A DNA stretch of 57,072 bases from an uncultured Actinomycetes bacterium (GCA_903892635.1 CAITJH010000024.1:1-57072); one strand, 5' to 3'; counted from the stretch's first letter, positions 8,774-19,278 are shown. The notes: a model not told the origin generated them from the letters alone. A program made the numbers and translations.

Positions 8774-10420
8774 GTGAAACCGCTAGATTCGCGACTTCTC
8801 AAGTATGCAGTTTCGGTTCGCACATTCCTTGCCATCACAGTAGTCAACGGTTCAGTAACCGCTCTAGCAGTAATCGCCCAAGCAGTTGTCTTGGGCGATC
8901 TGCTTGCCGGAGTTTTTGCAGGAAGTAAGAACAGTGATCAAGTAGCTCATTCACTATTCTTGCTTCTTCTGTTATTTATTCTTCGAGCCTCCTCTTCGTG
9001 GGTAAGCGAATGGTCCGCCAACAAGACCAGTGCGAAGGCTAAGCAAGAATTACGCAGATCGCTGACTAGAAAGATCTATGACCTTGGACCTATTTGGGTG
9101 GGACAAAATCGCAGCAGTGACTTAGTAACCACTTCATTGCGCGGGTTGGATTCTCTTGATGTGTATTTTTCTCGCTACTTGCCACAGCTAGTGTTAGCCG
9201 CAATCATTCCGCTAACCGTCGGTGTCACGATTCTTACGAATGACATCCTTTCGGCAGTGATTATTGCTTTTACTGTGCCGCTCATTCCCTTCTTCATGGC
9301 ACTTGTTGGCTGGTTCACGCAAGCACAAGTAGATAAGCAGTGGCAGAGTTTGCAACGACTTTCGGGACACTTCCTCGATCTGATCACTGGCTTGCCAACT
9401 CTTAAGGCATTCAATCGCTCCAGAGGTCAAAGCGAAGGTCTTCAAATTGTTGGTGAGGACTATCGCACTAAAACAATGTCGGTACTACGCATTTCATTTT
9501 TGTCCTCTTTTGTTCTTGAATTGATCGCGACAATTTCAGTGGCATTAGTTGCAGTCTCTATCGGATTGCGATTAGTCAACGGAACAATGCACTTGCGCGA
9601 AGGTCTCATCATTTTGATCTTGGTTCCTGAGGCCTATTTGCCTCTTCGCGCACTTGGAACACAGTTCCACGCAATGACCGAGGGGCTAGAAGCCGCTGAT
9701 CGTGTTTTCGGAATCTTAGACCAAGAAGTAGCAGCGCAAGCAGGAATAGAAATCCAAGGTTCGATTGAATCCATTGAATTTGAGAATGTATCTGTCACTT
9801 ATCCAGGTGCCGCCAATCCCGCCCTTGCGGAATTTAGTGCCCGCTTTCAGGCCGGCTCCCTTTCGATCATCACTGGCATCAGTGGTTCAGGGAAGACAAC
9901 GGCACTTGCAGCTTTGCTGAAGTTTGTCATTGATTACCAAGGTTCTATCAAGGTAAATGCGAATGAACTTCGCGACCTCGACACGCTCACCTGGCGAAAA
10001 TCGATTGCCTATTTACCTCAAACCCCATGGCTTCCTCAGGGAACTTTGCGAGATGCCTTGCTCATGGCCGCGCCTGCCAGTGATGATGCACTTTTCGACA
10101 TTTGCGCAAATGTTGGTTTGAACATTCACGATGGCGAGCAATTCCCTCGTGGCCTTGACACCATGGTGAGCAGTAAGACTGGACTTTCTTCTGGTCAACG
10201 ACGTCGCATTGCTCTAGCACGAGCCCTCTTGCAACAAAAGCCTGTCCTAATTCTGGATGAACCCACAGCTGCTGTGGATTCCGGAACTGAAGAGTTGATT
10301 ACTCGAGTCATTACAGATCTAGCACGCCGAGGCACACTTGTGATCGCCGTAACTCATAGGCCATCATTTATCGCGACAGCAGACCATGTCGTAACTGTTA
10401 GGGACATGGTGAGCACCTAA
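8774..10420 (+). CDS. cydD: Thiol/heme ABC exporter subunit CydD
   Basis: TMD with 'YFSRYLPQL', 'PEAYLPLR..G..FHA'; Walker A 'GISGSGKT'; 'LSSGQRRR'. Confidence 0.95.
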   Translation: MKPLDSRLLKYAVSVRTFLAITVVNGSVTALAVIAQAVVLGDLLAGVFAGSKNSDQVAHSLFLLLLLFILRASSSWVSEWSANKTSAKAKQELRRSLTRKIYDLGPIWVGQNRSSDLVTTSLRGLDSLDVYFSRYLPQLVLAAIIPLTVGVTILTNDILSAVIIAFTVPLIPFFMALVGWFTQAQVDKQWQSLQRLSGHFLDLITGLPTLKAFNRSRGQSEGLQIVGEDYRTKTMSVLRISFLSSFVLELIATISVALVAVSIGLRLVNGTMHLREGLIILILVPEAYLPLRALGTQFHAMTEGLEAADRVFGILDQEVAAQAGIEIQGSIESIEFENVSVTYPGAANPALAEFSARFQAGSLSIITGISGSGKTTALAALLKFVIDYQGSIKVNANELRDLDTLTWRKSIAYLPQTPWLPQGTLRDALLMAAPASDDALFDICANVGLNIHDGEQFPRGLDTMVSSKTGLSSGQRRRIALARALLQQKPVLILDEPTAAVDSGTEELITRVITDLARRGTLVIAVTHRPSFIATADHVVTVRDMVST

Positions 10421-12165
10421 TGTCGCCAGTCAAAGCCGTATGGCGATACTTCACAGATGTTAAGTGGTCCTTACGCGCTTCAGCTATCCTTTCCGCACTC
10501 ACAACGATGAGCACTGTTGCACTTCTTGCCACAAGCGGTTGGTTAATCGCCCGAGCATCTCAAATGCCGCCCGTACTGGATTTAAGTATTGCGATTGTTG
10601 GAGTGCGGACCTTTGCCCTGTTGCGCAGCGTGACTCGATATTCAGAACGAGTGGTTTCGCATAACGCCACATTTGCTTCTTTACCTCGCATTCGGATCGC
10701 GATATTCAACAAACTCGAGGAACTGACGCCATCAGGTCTGACACAATTTCATCGTGGCGATTTGATGTCCCGAATCGTTGCAGACGTCGAGGGCATTCAA
10801 GACTTGACGCTCCGTGTGTATCTCCCGATTGTCTCGAGCGCAATTTCGGCAATTTTTTGTGTCGCACTAGTGGGTTGGATTCTTCCGATCGCAGGTGTGA
10901 TTCTTGCCGTAGCACTACTTGTCGCCGCAACAGCTGTCCCCTACTTAAGTGTGGCTTCCGGACGGGTACAACAGGTAGCCACAGCGAAAGTGCGCAGCGA
11001 ATTCAACAGTTCACTATTGGATTACTACGAGGGTTTAGCGGACATCACGATGTTAGATGCTGGGAACGACGTGTTCAATCAGCTTGATCTAACCAATGAA
11101 GAAGCTGCCTCAATAGAGTCGTCGTTTGCTGCGCGAACAGGATTTGCAGCTACTCTCATTGTGTTGATTCAAGGACTAACACTTACGGCAACCATCTATG
11201 CATCGTTCAAGGCTATGCAATCGGGCACTCTTGCTTCAGTCAATACTGTTGTTTTGGGCCTTATCCCACTTGCCGTATTCGAATCAGTCACTTCGTTGCC
11301 GAATGCAATGTTGAGCCTCATGCGAGTACGAGGTGTGTCAGAACGCTTAATAGACATTCTGGAAACTCCAACTACGTCAGACGACAATTGCATGCAGACT
11401 GTTACATCGTGTGACATAGCACTCGACCATGTCAGTGCACGTTGGCCGGGATCCGAACGATTCGCTCTCGCAGATATTTCACTGTCAATCCCTCACAAGT
11501 CCACGCATGTTCTCGTGGGTCAAAGTGGTTCAGGAAAATCAAGCGCCATAGCAACAATGACAAAACTTTTGGAACGCGAAAGTGGGTCTCTCATCATTGG
11601 AGATACTTCAATCGATGAGCTCGCAGGAGTTGAGGTTCGAAGTCACATAGTCGCCACTGGGCATGACTCTCATGTTTTCTCGACGAGCATTTCAGAAAAC
11701 TTGCGACTAGCGGGAAATTCCGGAACAACGGAAGCTGAGCTCTGGAATGCACTGGAGCAAGTTGAACTTGCGGGTTGGGTTCGATCCTTACCCATTGACA
11801 TCAACACAATCATCGGCGATCAAGGCGTGACCATGTCTGGTGGTCAACGTCAAAGACTTATTCTTGCTCGACTTTTCATCAATGACCCTGACGTGTGGAT
11901 TATTGATGAGCCAACAGAGCACTTGAATTCAGAATTAGCCGACCTTGTACTTTCAAGAATCCGCAGAGCATCAATGAAATCAAGTTTGATAATCGCCACC
12001 CACCGACTTCGCGATACATCTGCAACGGACATTGTTACTGTTTTAGACGATGGCAACGTCATTGAATCTGGGAAGCAAACTGACCTGTCATCTTCTGGAT
12101 CGTATTTTTCAGAAAATCTCGCAAATGAATTGGCAGCCCACGCCAGAACGACTTCCCACGAGTAA
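10420..12165 (+). CDS. cydC: Thiol/heme ABC exporter subunit CydC
   Basis: 'SGWLIARASQMPP', 'RYSERVVSH', Walker A 'GQSGSGKS', 'MSGGQRQR'; 1-nt overlap with cydD. Confidence 0.95.
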   Translation: MSPVKAVWRYFTDVKWSLRASAILSALTTMSTVALLATSGWLIARASQMPPVLDLSIAIVGVRTFALLRSVTRYSERVVSHNATFASLPRIRIAIFNKLEELTPSGLTQFHRGDLMSRIVADVEGIQDLTLRVYLPIVSSAISAIFCVALVGWILPIAGVILAVALLVAATAVPYLSVASGRVQQVATAKVRSEFNSSLLDYYEGLADITMLDAGNDVFNQLDLTNEEAASIESSFAARTGFAATLIVLIQGLTLTATIYASFKAMQSGTLASVNTVVLGLIPLAVFESVTSLPNAMLSLMRVRGVSERLIDILETPTTSDDNCMQTVTSCDIALDHVSARWPGSERFALADISLSIPHKSTHVLVGQSGSGKSSAIATMTKLLERESGSLIIGDTSIDELAGVEVRSHIVATGHDSHVFSTSISENLRLAGNSGTTEAELWNALEQVELAGWVRSLPIDINTIIGDQGVTMSGGQRQRLILARLFINDPDVWIIDEPTEHLNSELADLVLSRIRRASMKSSLIIATHRLRDTSATDIVTVLDDGNVIESGKQTDLSSSGSYFSENLANELAAHARTTSHE

Positions 12166-12191
12166 GTTGTTGCTTGTAACGAACTATATGA

Positions 12192-12797
12192 ATGAGGAAA
12201 TCCAAGGTAATGAATGACCGAAGCAAGACCGTCCTTGTTGTCAGCCGAATGTTTCTAGCTGCAGTATGGATCAGTTCTCTAGCCTCAATACCGAATTTTC
12301 GGGCCTACCAAGACCAAATGAGTTCAGGCGTTGCCATCAAAGATATCGTTGCGCCATACGCCAGCGTGTCTGTCTTCGTCACTATTACCTCCATCGGTGC
12401 TTGGGCGTACACAAGCGTGTGGTTGCGACAAGCAGTTGACAAAGCGAATCTCAATGTTCCTGGCACAGTTCGACTCTCTCGAGGTTGGGCAATGTGGGGA
12501 TGGATCGTTCCAATTGTTTCTCTGTGGTTCCCTCGAATGATCGTGAACGACCTACTGAAATCAACCGCGGTGGCTGATACCGAATCCGAAATCAACGTCA
12601 ATACATGGTGGATGACGTGGATTATGTATAGCCTGCTGAATTCAGCTTCGGCTGTCTATGCTTTCACCGACATGTATTCATCGAAGTCACCAATTAACCC
12701 AATTCATCCCGAGATGGAGATTGCTGGTGCCTGCCTACTCACTGCTTCATACTTTGTCTGGACCAAGATCGTGACAAAGCTAGCAAATACTTACTAG
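12192..12797 (+). CDS. DUF4328-like membrane protein
   Basis: 'GWAMWGWIVPIVSLWFP..IV.DL' and 'WW..W' signature; 4 TM. Confidence 0.7.
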   Translation: MRKSKVMNDRSKTVLVVSRMFLAAVWISSLASIPNFRAYQDQMSSGVAIKDIVAPYASVSVFVTITSIGAWAYTSVWLRQAVDKANLNVPGTVRLSRGWAMWGWIVPIVSLWFPRMIVNDLLKSTAVADTESEINVNTWWMTWIMYSLLNSASAVYAFTDMYSSKSPINPIHPEMEIAGACLLTASYFVWTKIVTKLANTY

Positions 12798-12803
12798 CCC
12801 ACC

Positions 12804-13352
12804 ATGGATATCGCAACACAAAGGCTCGATCTCCTTCTCATCACGACAACAGAACTCAGTGAACTGTCTAACGCTCCTACCAACGAGCCCGTTTTCCACA
12901 ATCGGAGTTTCACAAATCCTTATGGCATTTTGACGCAGGAACGAATTCCTCACGCAAATCGAATTGAGGATGTTCAACGCAACCCATCGCACATTAAGTG
13001 GTACTACCGATTAATTGTTGAACGAGAATCACGAACACTCATCGGCAGTATTAGCTTCCACGCTCCCCCAGATATCAACGGAATGGTCGAAGTTGGTTTT
13101 GGGTTGGCAAGCGAATACCGTGGAAACGGTTACGGCCGCGAGACACTCGAAGCTCTGTGGCTGTGGGCATGCCAGCAACCTGAAGTAAAAGTGCTGCGGT
13201 ACACCGTAAGTCCCGACAATCGCGCGTCCCAAGCCATCATTGCCAGGTACCCAACGAAGTATCTTGGTCAACAGATTGACGATGAAGATGGTCCAGAAGA
13301 TATTTATGAAATCAACTGCACAGATTTTCTGAAATTCTACGGTCAGCTTTGA
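12804..13352 (+). CDS. GNAT (RimJ/RimL-type) N-acetyltransferase
   Basis: 'VEVGFGL..EYRGNGYG.E', 'PDNRASQ'. Confidence 0.85.
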   Translation: MDIATQRLDLLLITTTELSELSNAPTNEPVFHNRSFTNPYGILTQERIPHANRIEDVQRNPSHIKWYYRLIVERESRTLIGSISFHAPPDINGMVEVGFGLASEYRGNGYGRETLEALWLWACQQPEVKVLRYTVSPDNRASQAIIARYPTKYLGQQIDDEDGPEDIYEINCTDFLKFYGQL

Positions 13353-14944
13353 TGAACTATTCGTCCTGCTGACACTGTTTGCAGCACTTCCATGTCAATG
13401 ATGTCTTCAGGAGCAACCTGAACCGGATCGTCTTGCCATGTCACAAGATCCGCAGCCATTCCCACACGAATCATGCCGCGATCACTCTGAGCTCCTACTG
13501 CGCGCGCGGCGTTGACCGTGTATCCAGCCAAAGTCTGTTCGCCCGTGAGTGCCCGAGTTGTGCCAACTGGACCGGGATCTGCCACATCATGCGCTCGCCG
13601 ACGCTGAGCCGCAAAGAACCCCATACGAGGGTCATAGGGAGCAACTGGCCAGTCTGAGCCAAGTACGACCAACGCTCCACTCGCAAACAAATCACCACTG
13701 CGCCATGCGTGAGAACAACGCTGTGTATCGAGTCGCTGTGACCATGGATCACTCAAGTCATGAGCCACCCATCGAACGTGGATTGGCTGCATTGATGCCG
13801 TGACTTGCTCTGGTGCAAATCGAGCAACAGTTCGATCTGGAGCAGTCTCAATGTGTTCAATTCGATGACGACCAGCAGACCCGCCGGGCAACGTTGCATA
13901 GAAATCTAAAACTTCACGAACGGCTCGATCACCGATTGCGTGCGTAGCGATTCGGAATCCTTTGTCGTGAAATGACTTCGCCCGAGAAAAGTACAGATCC
14001 AGATCAGGCCACATTGGCTCAACACCTTCACCGTGCGAATCGGGCTCTTCAAGCCAAGCGGTACCGGTATCGATAACACCATCGAGCATAAATTTCACAC
14101 CATCGGCATGCCACATTTCTCCACGTGAACTGTTGGTCTGGAGAAGCTCTGCGACTTCTTCATCAGGTGTGTATGGATAAATGAAGTGGTGCTGAAGAAT
14201 TCGCATGCCCAGCTGGCCGCGGCTCTCAAGTTCTTTAAAGGTGGCAATGGAATCGAGATCGCCGTCCATCATATGAATTTCGGTGATACCCAAAGCATTC
14301 TGATCGGCAATAGTTTGTGCATACCAACCGAGTTTTTCTTCTTGCGTTGGCACTGGAACACTATCGAGCACTGTTCGCATCGCAGCCATTTCCAACAACT
14401 CTCCTGTTGGTTTTTCTGACGCATCTACAACAACTATCGAGGCATCTTCGAGTTGCATCGGGCCAGTTACGTTCGCAATTTCCAACGCGCGATCGTTTAC
14501 GAATCCAGTGTGCACGTCTAGGGCATACAAGAACATTGGTCCAGGACCTGCAGCATCATTTAACAGCGAGTGGTGATAGGTCGCACCTTCGAACGCTGCG
14601 TATTCAAGCGCGAAACCAAGCAACCATGCATCCGGCCCAATTCGGCGGCGTTCAGCAGCGAGCTTTTCGCGTAAATCCGACAGCGAATTGACGCGATCGA
14701 GATTCAGGCCCTGTGCGAAAATTGCACCCTGCAGCAAGTGCTGATGTCCATCTGTAAGGCCGGGAGTAACCGTAGCTCCATGAGCGTCAGTGACCTGGGT
14801 TGTTGCATCGCACACTTCACGAATTTCAGCATCACTTCCCACCGCCACGATTCGCCCATCACTCCATGCCACTGCCGAAGCAGTGGGCAAAGCAGGATCC
14901 ATTGTGCGGATTCGGGCATTCACGATTGCAAATTGGGCGGCCAT
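13343..14944 (-). CDS. Amidohydrolase family 3 (YtcJ-like)
   Basis: 'PGLTDGHQH', 'KFMLDG', 'HAIGDRA', 'RHRIEH', 'GSDWPV'; AAAGGAG RBS. Confidence 0.9.
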   Translation of the reverse strand: MAAQFAIVNARIRTMDPALPTASAVAWSDGRIVAVGSDAEIREVCDATTQVTDAHGATVTPGLTDGHQHLLQGAIFAQGLNLDRVNSLSDLREKLAAERRRIGPDAWLLGFALEYAAFEGATYHHSLLNDAAGPGPMFLYALDVHTGFVNDRALEIANVTGPMQLEDASIVVVDASEKPTGELLEMAAMRTVLDSVPVPTQEEKLGWYAQTIADQNALGITEIHMMDGDLDSIATFKELESRGQLGMRILQHHFIYPYTPDEEVAELLQTNSSRGEMWHADGVKFMLDGVIDTGTAWLEEPDSHGEGVEPMWPDLDLYFSRAKSFHDKGFRIATHAIGDRAVREVLDFYATLPGGSAGRHRIEHIETAPDRTVARFAPEQVTASMQPIHVRWVAHDLSDPWSQRLDTQRCSHAWRSGDLFASGALVVLGSDWPVAPYDPRMGFFAAQRRRAHDVADPGPVGTTRALTGEQTLAGYTVNAARAVGAQSDRGMIRVGMAADLVTWQDDPVQVAPEDIIDMEVLQTVSAGRIVHQS

Positions 14945-14995
14945 CTGTACTCCTTTAACACCTACGATTCACCTTAGACCGCTAAATTGGGATTC

Positions 14996-15694
14996 ATGAG
15001 TATTCACATTGCAGCCAAGCCGGGCGATATCGCCGAGACTATCTTGCTTCCAGGTGACCCGCTGAGGGCTCAATGGATTGCCGAAAACTTTTTCGAGAAT
15101 CCAGTTCGCTACAACACTGTGCGTAACATGTTCGGATTTACCGGAACTTATAAAGGTCATCGAGTCTCAACACAAGGCACAGGAATGGGAGTTCCTTCCC
15201 TGTCGATCTATGTGAATGAACTTTTTAACGAATACAACGTTCAAACTGCAGTTCGAGTTGGAACTTGTGGCGGAATTGGAAAGACCAAATTGCGCGACCT
15301 CGTCATCGCTATGGCTGCCTCTACGGACTCGGGCACGAACCGCCGAGCAACTGGTGGCTTGGATTACTCACCGATCGCGAATTACGAACTGTTAGAACGT
15401 GCCGTAGGTTCTGCCCGCGAACGTGGCCTTGATTATCACGTGGGTGGAATCGCAACTATGGATTTGTTCTATGACGATTCAAACGCAGTTGATGTTCTGG
15501 AAAAACTTGGTGTCCTGGCTCTCGAAATGGAAACCACAGGCCTTTACACTTTGGCTGCTAAGTACCAACGACGGGCACTAACCATTTGCACAGTGAGTGA
15601 CATGGTACGAACACACGAAGCCACGAGTTCAGAAGAACGCGAGACAGGTTTCCACGCAATGGTCGAAGTAGCTCTCGACGCAGCATTGAACTAA
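14996..15694 (+). CDS. deoD: Purine nucleoside phosphorylase (DeoD type)
   Basis: 'LLPGDPLRA', 'GTGMGVPS', 'RVGTCG', 'LEME', 'TVSD'; start set at ATG 14996. Confidence 0.95.
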   Translation: MSIHIAAKPGDIAETILLPGDPLRAQWIAENFFENPVRYNTVRNMFGFTGTYKGHRVSTQGTGMGVPSLSIYVNELFNEYNVQTAVRVGTCGGIGKTKLRDLVIAMAASTDSGTNRRATGGLDYSPIANYELLERAVGSARERGLDYHVGGIATMDLFYDDSNAVDVLEKLGVLALEMETTGLYTLAAKYQRRALTICTVSDMVRTHEATSSEERETGFHAMVEVALDAALN

Positions 15695-15708
15695 CCGCAA
15701 CGCTGAAC

Positions 15709-16707
15709 TTAGCTAGTTACCTTCGCCGCAAAAGCCGCAAGCTGTTCAGGTGTTCCATTAAAGACATCTAAGTCTGTATGTGATGTTGGAACAGTTGGCG
15801 CTGTCGGTGAATCTTTTAATGCACCGTCGCTTGTGAATTGCCAGAAAGTCCATTTTGTTCCCCAGATTGGAACACTCGACGGCGCAGTCGCTACTGTCTT
15901 ACTCCAACTTGCCAACCACAATGGATACACGCTGAAATCAAAATTTTGGGATGGCTTCTTTGGATCCTTTGCAGGAAATGCATTTAACTTATTGACAAAG
16001 TAACCATTGGCATAAATTATTGGCTTTCGGCCACTGATACGTTGCGCCTCAATTAAGAAATCACGAGTCCAAGTCGTCACTTGACCCCAAGTCCATCCGC
16101 ATGGTCGCTCTTCGAAATCAAGAGTCAGTGGCAAATCACCAAGAGGCGTGTTCATCGCATTTTTATAAGCCTGCCGAGCTTGCAGAACGGCATCATTGTG
16201 GCGATATTGGGCAGCAACCTTTAACAGCTTCTTGTAGTTCTTAGCATTCTTATTACGTGCAGGAACAATCATCGTGCCTTTTCCTGACTGACCTGGGACT
16301 GCATAGTGATAGCCACCAACGATTAATCCAGCAGCCTTTGCCGCTTGACGATCTGACTGGAACCACGTTGCAGAAACGCCCCCGTCACGATTGCCACCAT
16401 CAGAAGATTTAATAAAGGCAAACGAAGCGCCATACATCGATGGGGATGACAGATTTGTGAAAATTATTTGCTGGTTTGACGGATGCTGCCACATCGACAC
16501 ATCAACGCCTTTAGTTGCGCTCCCAAGTCCTTTAGCGGTCCATGACAAGGCATTTGGCTTATATGGCGCAGGCTTTGAGTTTGACGGTGGGTAGCTACAT
16601 GACTTGTAACTCATTTGCAACGAGGTTGGCGCGACAGCCTTTGCCCCAACGTTTCCGCACATAACGGACATGACAACACATGCGGAAATTAGGCGTAAAC
16701 GGGGCAC
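15709..16707 (-). CDS. Secreted GH25 muramidase (lysozyme)
   Basis: 'GVDVSMWQ', 'FAFIKS', 'GGYHY', 'LDFE', 'PIIY', 'WTFWQFTS', 'DLDVFNG'; signal-peptide-like N-terminus; GTG start 6 nt after TACAAT. Confidence 0.88.
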   Translation of the reverse strand: MPRLRLISACVVMSVMCGNVGAKAVAPTSLQMSYKSCSYPPSNSKPAPYKPNALSWTAKGLGSATKGVDVSMWQHPSNQQIIFTNLSSPSMYGASFAFIKSSDGGNRDGGVSATWFQSDRQAAKAAGLIVGGYHYAVPGQSGKGTMIVPARNKNAKNYKKLLKVAAQYRHNDAVLQARQAYKNAMNTPLGDLPLTLDFEERPCGWTWGQVTTWTRDFLIEAQRISGRKPIIYANGYFVNKLNAFPAKDPKKPSQNFDFSVYPLWLASWSKTVATAPSSVPIWGTKWTFWQFTSDGALKDSPTAPTVPTSHTDLDVFNGTPEQLAAFAAKVTS

Positions 16708-16743
16708 TTTTTGATTGTAGGCACATCTCATTGAAATTCGGAA

Positions 16744-16763
16744 GTGTGAAATGCATGTAACAC
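16744..16763. promoter_or_regulatory. Imperfect palindrome between the divergent GH25 and PLD-like genes
   Basis: GTGTGAAATGCATGTAACAC, 16/20 self-complementary, centred on ATGCAT. Confidence 0.4.
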
Positions 16764-16851
16764 GGGAAATATGCTCACTCGAACTGTTTATACGCCGACT
16801 AACTGGGTTAGCATCGTATGAACACCATTACGACGAATCGGGTCTTGACGA

Positions 16852-19278
16852 ATGCGCTTCAACTTCACAAAGTGGCAAAGACGACTGACAGCACTTGCTG
16901 CTGCGCTACTTGCCGCCCAATTCGTGATCCCCACCTCCATGGCGTCGGCGACCACCACTTGCCTTGATCCAGTCAATGTCTCGCTTAAAGCGGTCACAGG
17001 AACGCAGCGCACAATCGACCTCAAGAAACTTGCTTCAGGATCCGCAAGTGATTCCTGTATTGGTGGAAGCGACTCATTCGAAGCGCAGCTAGACGCAAAT
17101 TCTCCGCACACGATTCAGAGCCACGCAGCTGGCGATCTCCTTTCGCCATTTACCAACTCTGACTCAACAAATTTCAACCTTGACCTTTTAACATCAGCTG
17201 ATGGCATCTACATCATCCATGTAGTGATTTCCGATGGCGGTTTTACCAAGAGTCGAATCAACATCACACTCACGTCCACAGCCACTGCCCCGGACTTGCC
17301 GTCGTGCTCGAATCTTGCAGTGTATTCCAATCTAAATTCGCCTGGTACAGACTTCTCATTAGCGCTTAATGGATCAGTGGGTTGCTCTACGAGCGATAAC
17401 CTTGGGCTCACTTACACAGTCTCGGCACCCAATCACGGCTCCTTAGGTAGCTCTTACGATGCCTCCTTTGTTGCACAACAATCCGTCAGCAATGGCACTG
17501 GGGATTTCGCGTTCAAACCGGACACTGGCTACTTCACCCCACAGGTATGGAATAGTGATAGCGATCGTGCCTCATTCCACCTCACATTGACCGACGCTTA
17601 CGGTCAAACAACGACTCTTACCGTCTTCGTGATCGTTGAGCAGCCAATTTCATCGTGCACGATTACAGATCCAAAGTCTGAAGTCCTTTTCAATGATCCA
17701 ACAGCCTCAACAGCTCGAGAATTCGCAATTACAAATCGAATTTTGTCGTACATTGACTGCGCAGGACATGGCTCTGTGATCACAATGTCATGGTTCTCAT
17801 TGACCGATATGGACTTCGTCTATCACTTAAATGCTGCAATGACTCGTGGCGCGAACGTGCGATTCCTTATCAACAGTCATGCCGTTAAGTCTGGCTCAAC
17901 GTCCTACACCGCTTGGAATAATCTCAAGGCAATCCTCGGTACAAACGCACCGGACAACACGCGCAATTCATCTACATACGTCGATAACACAAGCAACCGA
18001 ACGGCCGGAAGTTGGGCGCTATTTTGCGACCATGGTTGCTTGACTCCAGCAAGTAATGCGACTGCTGGCAAGATTTGGGTCAATGAAGAATCTGAATATC
18101 CAGCGCTCCATGCAAAGTTCTTCTTGATTTCAAACATTGCTACATCAGGCAGTCGCGTAGTCAGCGTCAGTGGTGTTGCTTCTAGCAATCCGACGCGGGC
18201 TCAAGCAGTGAGCGGATGGAATAACGCACAGATTTTTGTCGAGAAGGGCAATACCCTTGCGCAAAATCCACTATTCAACTCGTTCAACAGTTATTTCCAA
18301 AAACTTTCTGCACAAGGAAAAGTGAATTTCAGCGATGTTCGACCTGCAAAGGCAAACTCGTATAACAACCTAGGCACTAAGGGTGCAACTGAATTTCGAA
18401 CATTCCCGCGCGTGGGTTCAAGCACAACGACTGACGATGTGACGAATTTATTTAAGAGCGTTAAATGCCGATACAAAGATGCCAAAGGCAAAATGCAGCG
18501 CACTCAGATTTACATGAACATGTTTGTCTTCACTCGCAACTCCCCTGCTATTGCGTTATGGCACTTGGCCAACAACAAGCCCACAGCAAATGGCGGTTGC
18601 GTTGTTCGGATCATCTACACCGATATGGATCAAGCAATCTTCGCCAATGGCTCATACATCAAAGGCCCTGGCGGCAACATTTCATGGGGCGTAGCTGACT
18701 GTTTGTCGACAGCCGGAACAGTTAAGGGTAAGTACGCAAGCGTGACAGTTCCTGAGCGACGTAAAATGCTCGATGCGAACGGCCACGTCGTCAAGGTCAA
18801 GGGAAAGACTCGCTACCAAACAGTGTCAGTGTGTAAGCGGGGCGGCCTGATGGGTGCCATGCCTACCATCACAAAAAATGGTGGTTATTGCTGGCTCAAT
18901 ACCAAGAGCAAGGTTTCCGGTGGTTCGATTTCAGCGTGTGTCTCGACTCCGCTGAAGTTAACAAGCCAAGATCCTGCCGACGGTCGCGCCAAGCTCGAGG
19001 CATGGCCGGATGTGCAACACCCAAATTCAACAGTCTTTAGCCATCAAAAATACATTTTGATTAATGGAATGGTTGGGAATGCTGTCCAACAAGTCGTCTA
19101 TGCCGGAACACCTAATCTGACTGCTCCAGGCCTTCGCTACAACGACGAGATCATGACGATCACGACTGGAAGTTCGTTCTACAACGCCTATTTGAACAAC
19201 TACAACACCATGTTGAGTTACATCAAAAATCGGCCGGCACCACTGCCGAATCCATGTCGTGCTATTGGCACTTGCTAG
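16852..19278 (+). CDS. Secreted phospholipase D-superfamily protein with N-terminal Ig/cadherin-like region
   Basis: Signal peptide ending 'SMASA'; beta-rich Ig-like segment; two HxK motifs: H420 'HAKFFLIS...ASSN' and H731 'HQKYILIN...AGTPN...NDE'. Confidence 0.75.
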   Translation: MRFNFTKWQRRLTALAAALLAAQFVIPTSMASATTTCLDPVNVSLKAVTGTQRTIDLKKLASGSASDSCIGGSDSFEAQLDANSPHTIQSHAAGDLLSPFTNSDSTNFNLDLLTSADGIYIIHVVISDGGFTKSRINITLTSTATAPDLPSCSNLAVYSNLNSPGTDFSLALNGSVGCSTSDNLGLTYTVSAPNHGSLGSSYDASFVAQQSVSNGTGDFAFKPDTGYFTPQVWNSDSDRASFHLTLTDAYGQTTTLTVFVIVEQPISSCTITDPKSEVLFNDPTASTAREFAITNRILSYIDCAGHGSVITMSWFSLTDMDFVYHLNAAMTRGANVRFLINSHAVKSGSTSYTAWNNLKAILGTNAPDNTRNSSTYVDNTSNRTAGSWALFCDHGCLTPASNATAGKIWVNEESEYPALHAKFFLISNIATSGSRVVSVSGVASSNPTRAQAVSGWNNAQIFVEKGNTLAQNPLFNSFNSYFQKLSAQGKVNFSDVRPAKANSYNNLGTKGATEFRTFPRVGSSTTTDDVTNLFKSVKCRYKDAKGKMQRTQIYMNMFVFTRNSPAIALWHLANNKPTANGGCVVRIIYTDMDQAIFANGSYIKGPGGNISWGVADCLSTAGTVKGKYASVTVPERRKMLDANGHVVKVKGKTRYQTVSVCKRGGLMGAMPTITKNGGYCWLNTKSKVSGGSISACVSTPLKLTSQDPADGRAKLEAWPDVQHPNSTVFSHQKYILINGMVGNAVQQVVYAGTPNLTAPGLRYNDEIMTITTGSSFYNAYLNNYNTMLSYIKNRPAPLPNPCRAIGTC

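Noticed and set aside
15709..16707. GH25 as a prophage endolysin
   Set aside because: No holin, structural, terminase or integrase genes nearby; it has a signal peptide and a host-type leaderless promoter.
16852..19278. PLD nuclease as an anti-phage defence component (DISARM DrmC-like or restriction-type)
   Set aside because: It has a clear signal peptide and many Cys, which point to export; no helicase or methylase partners are present.
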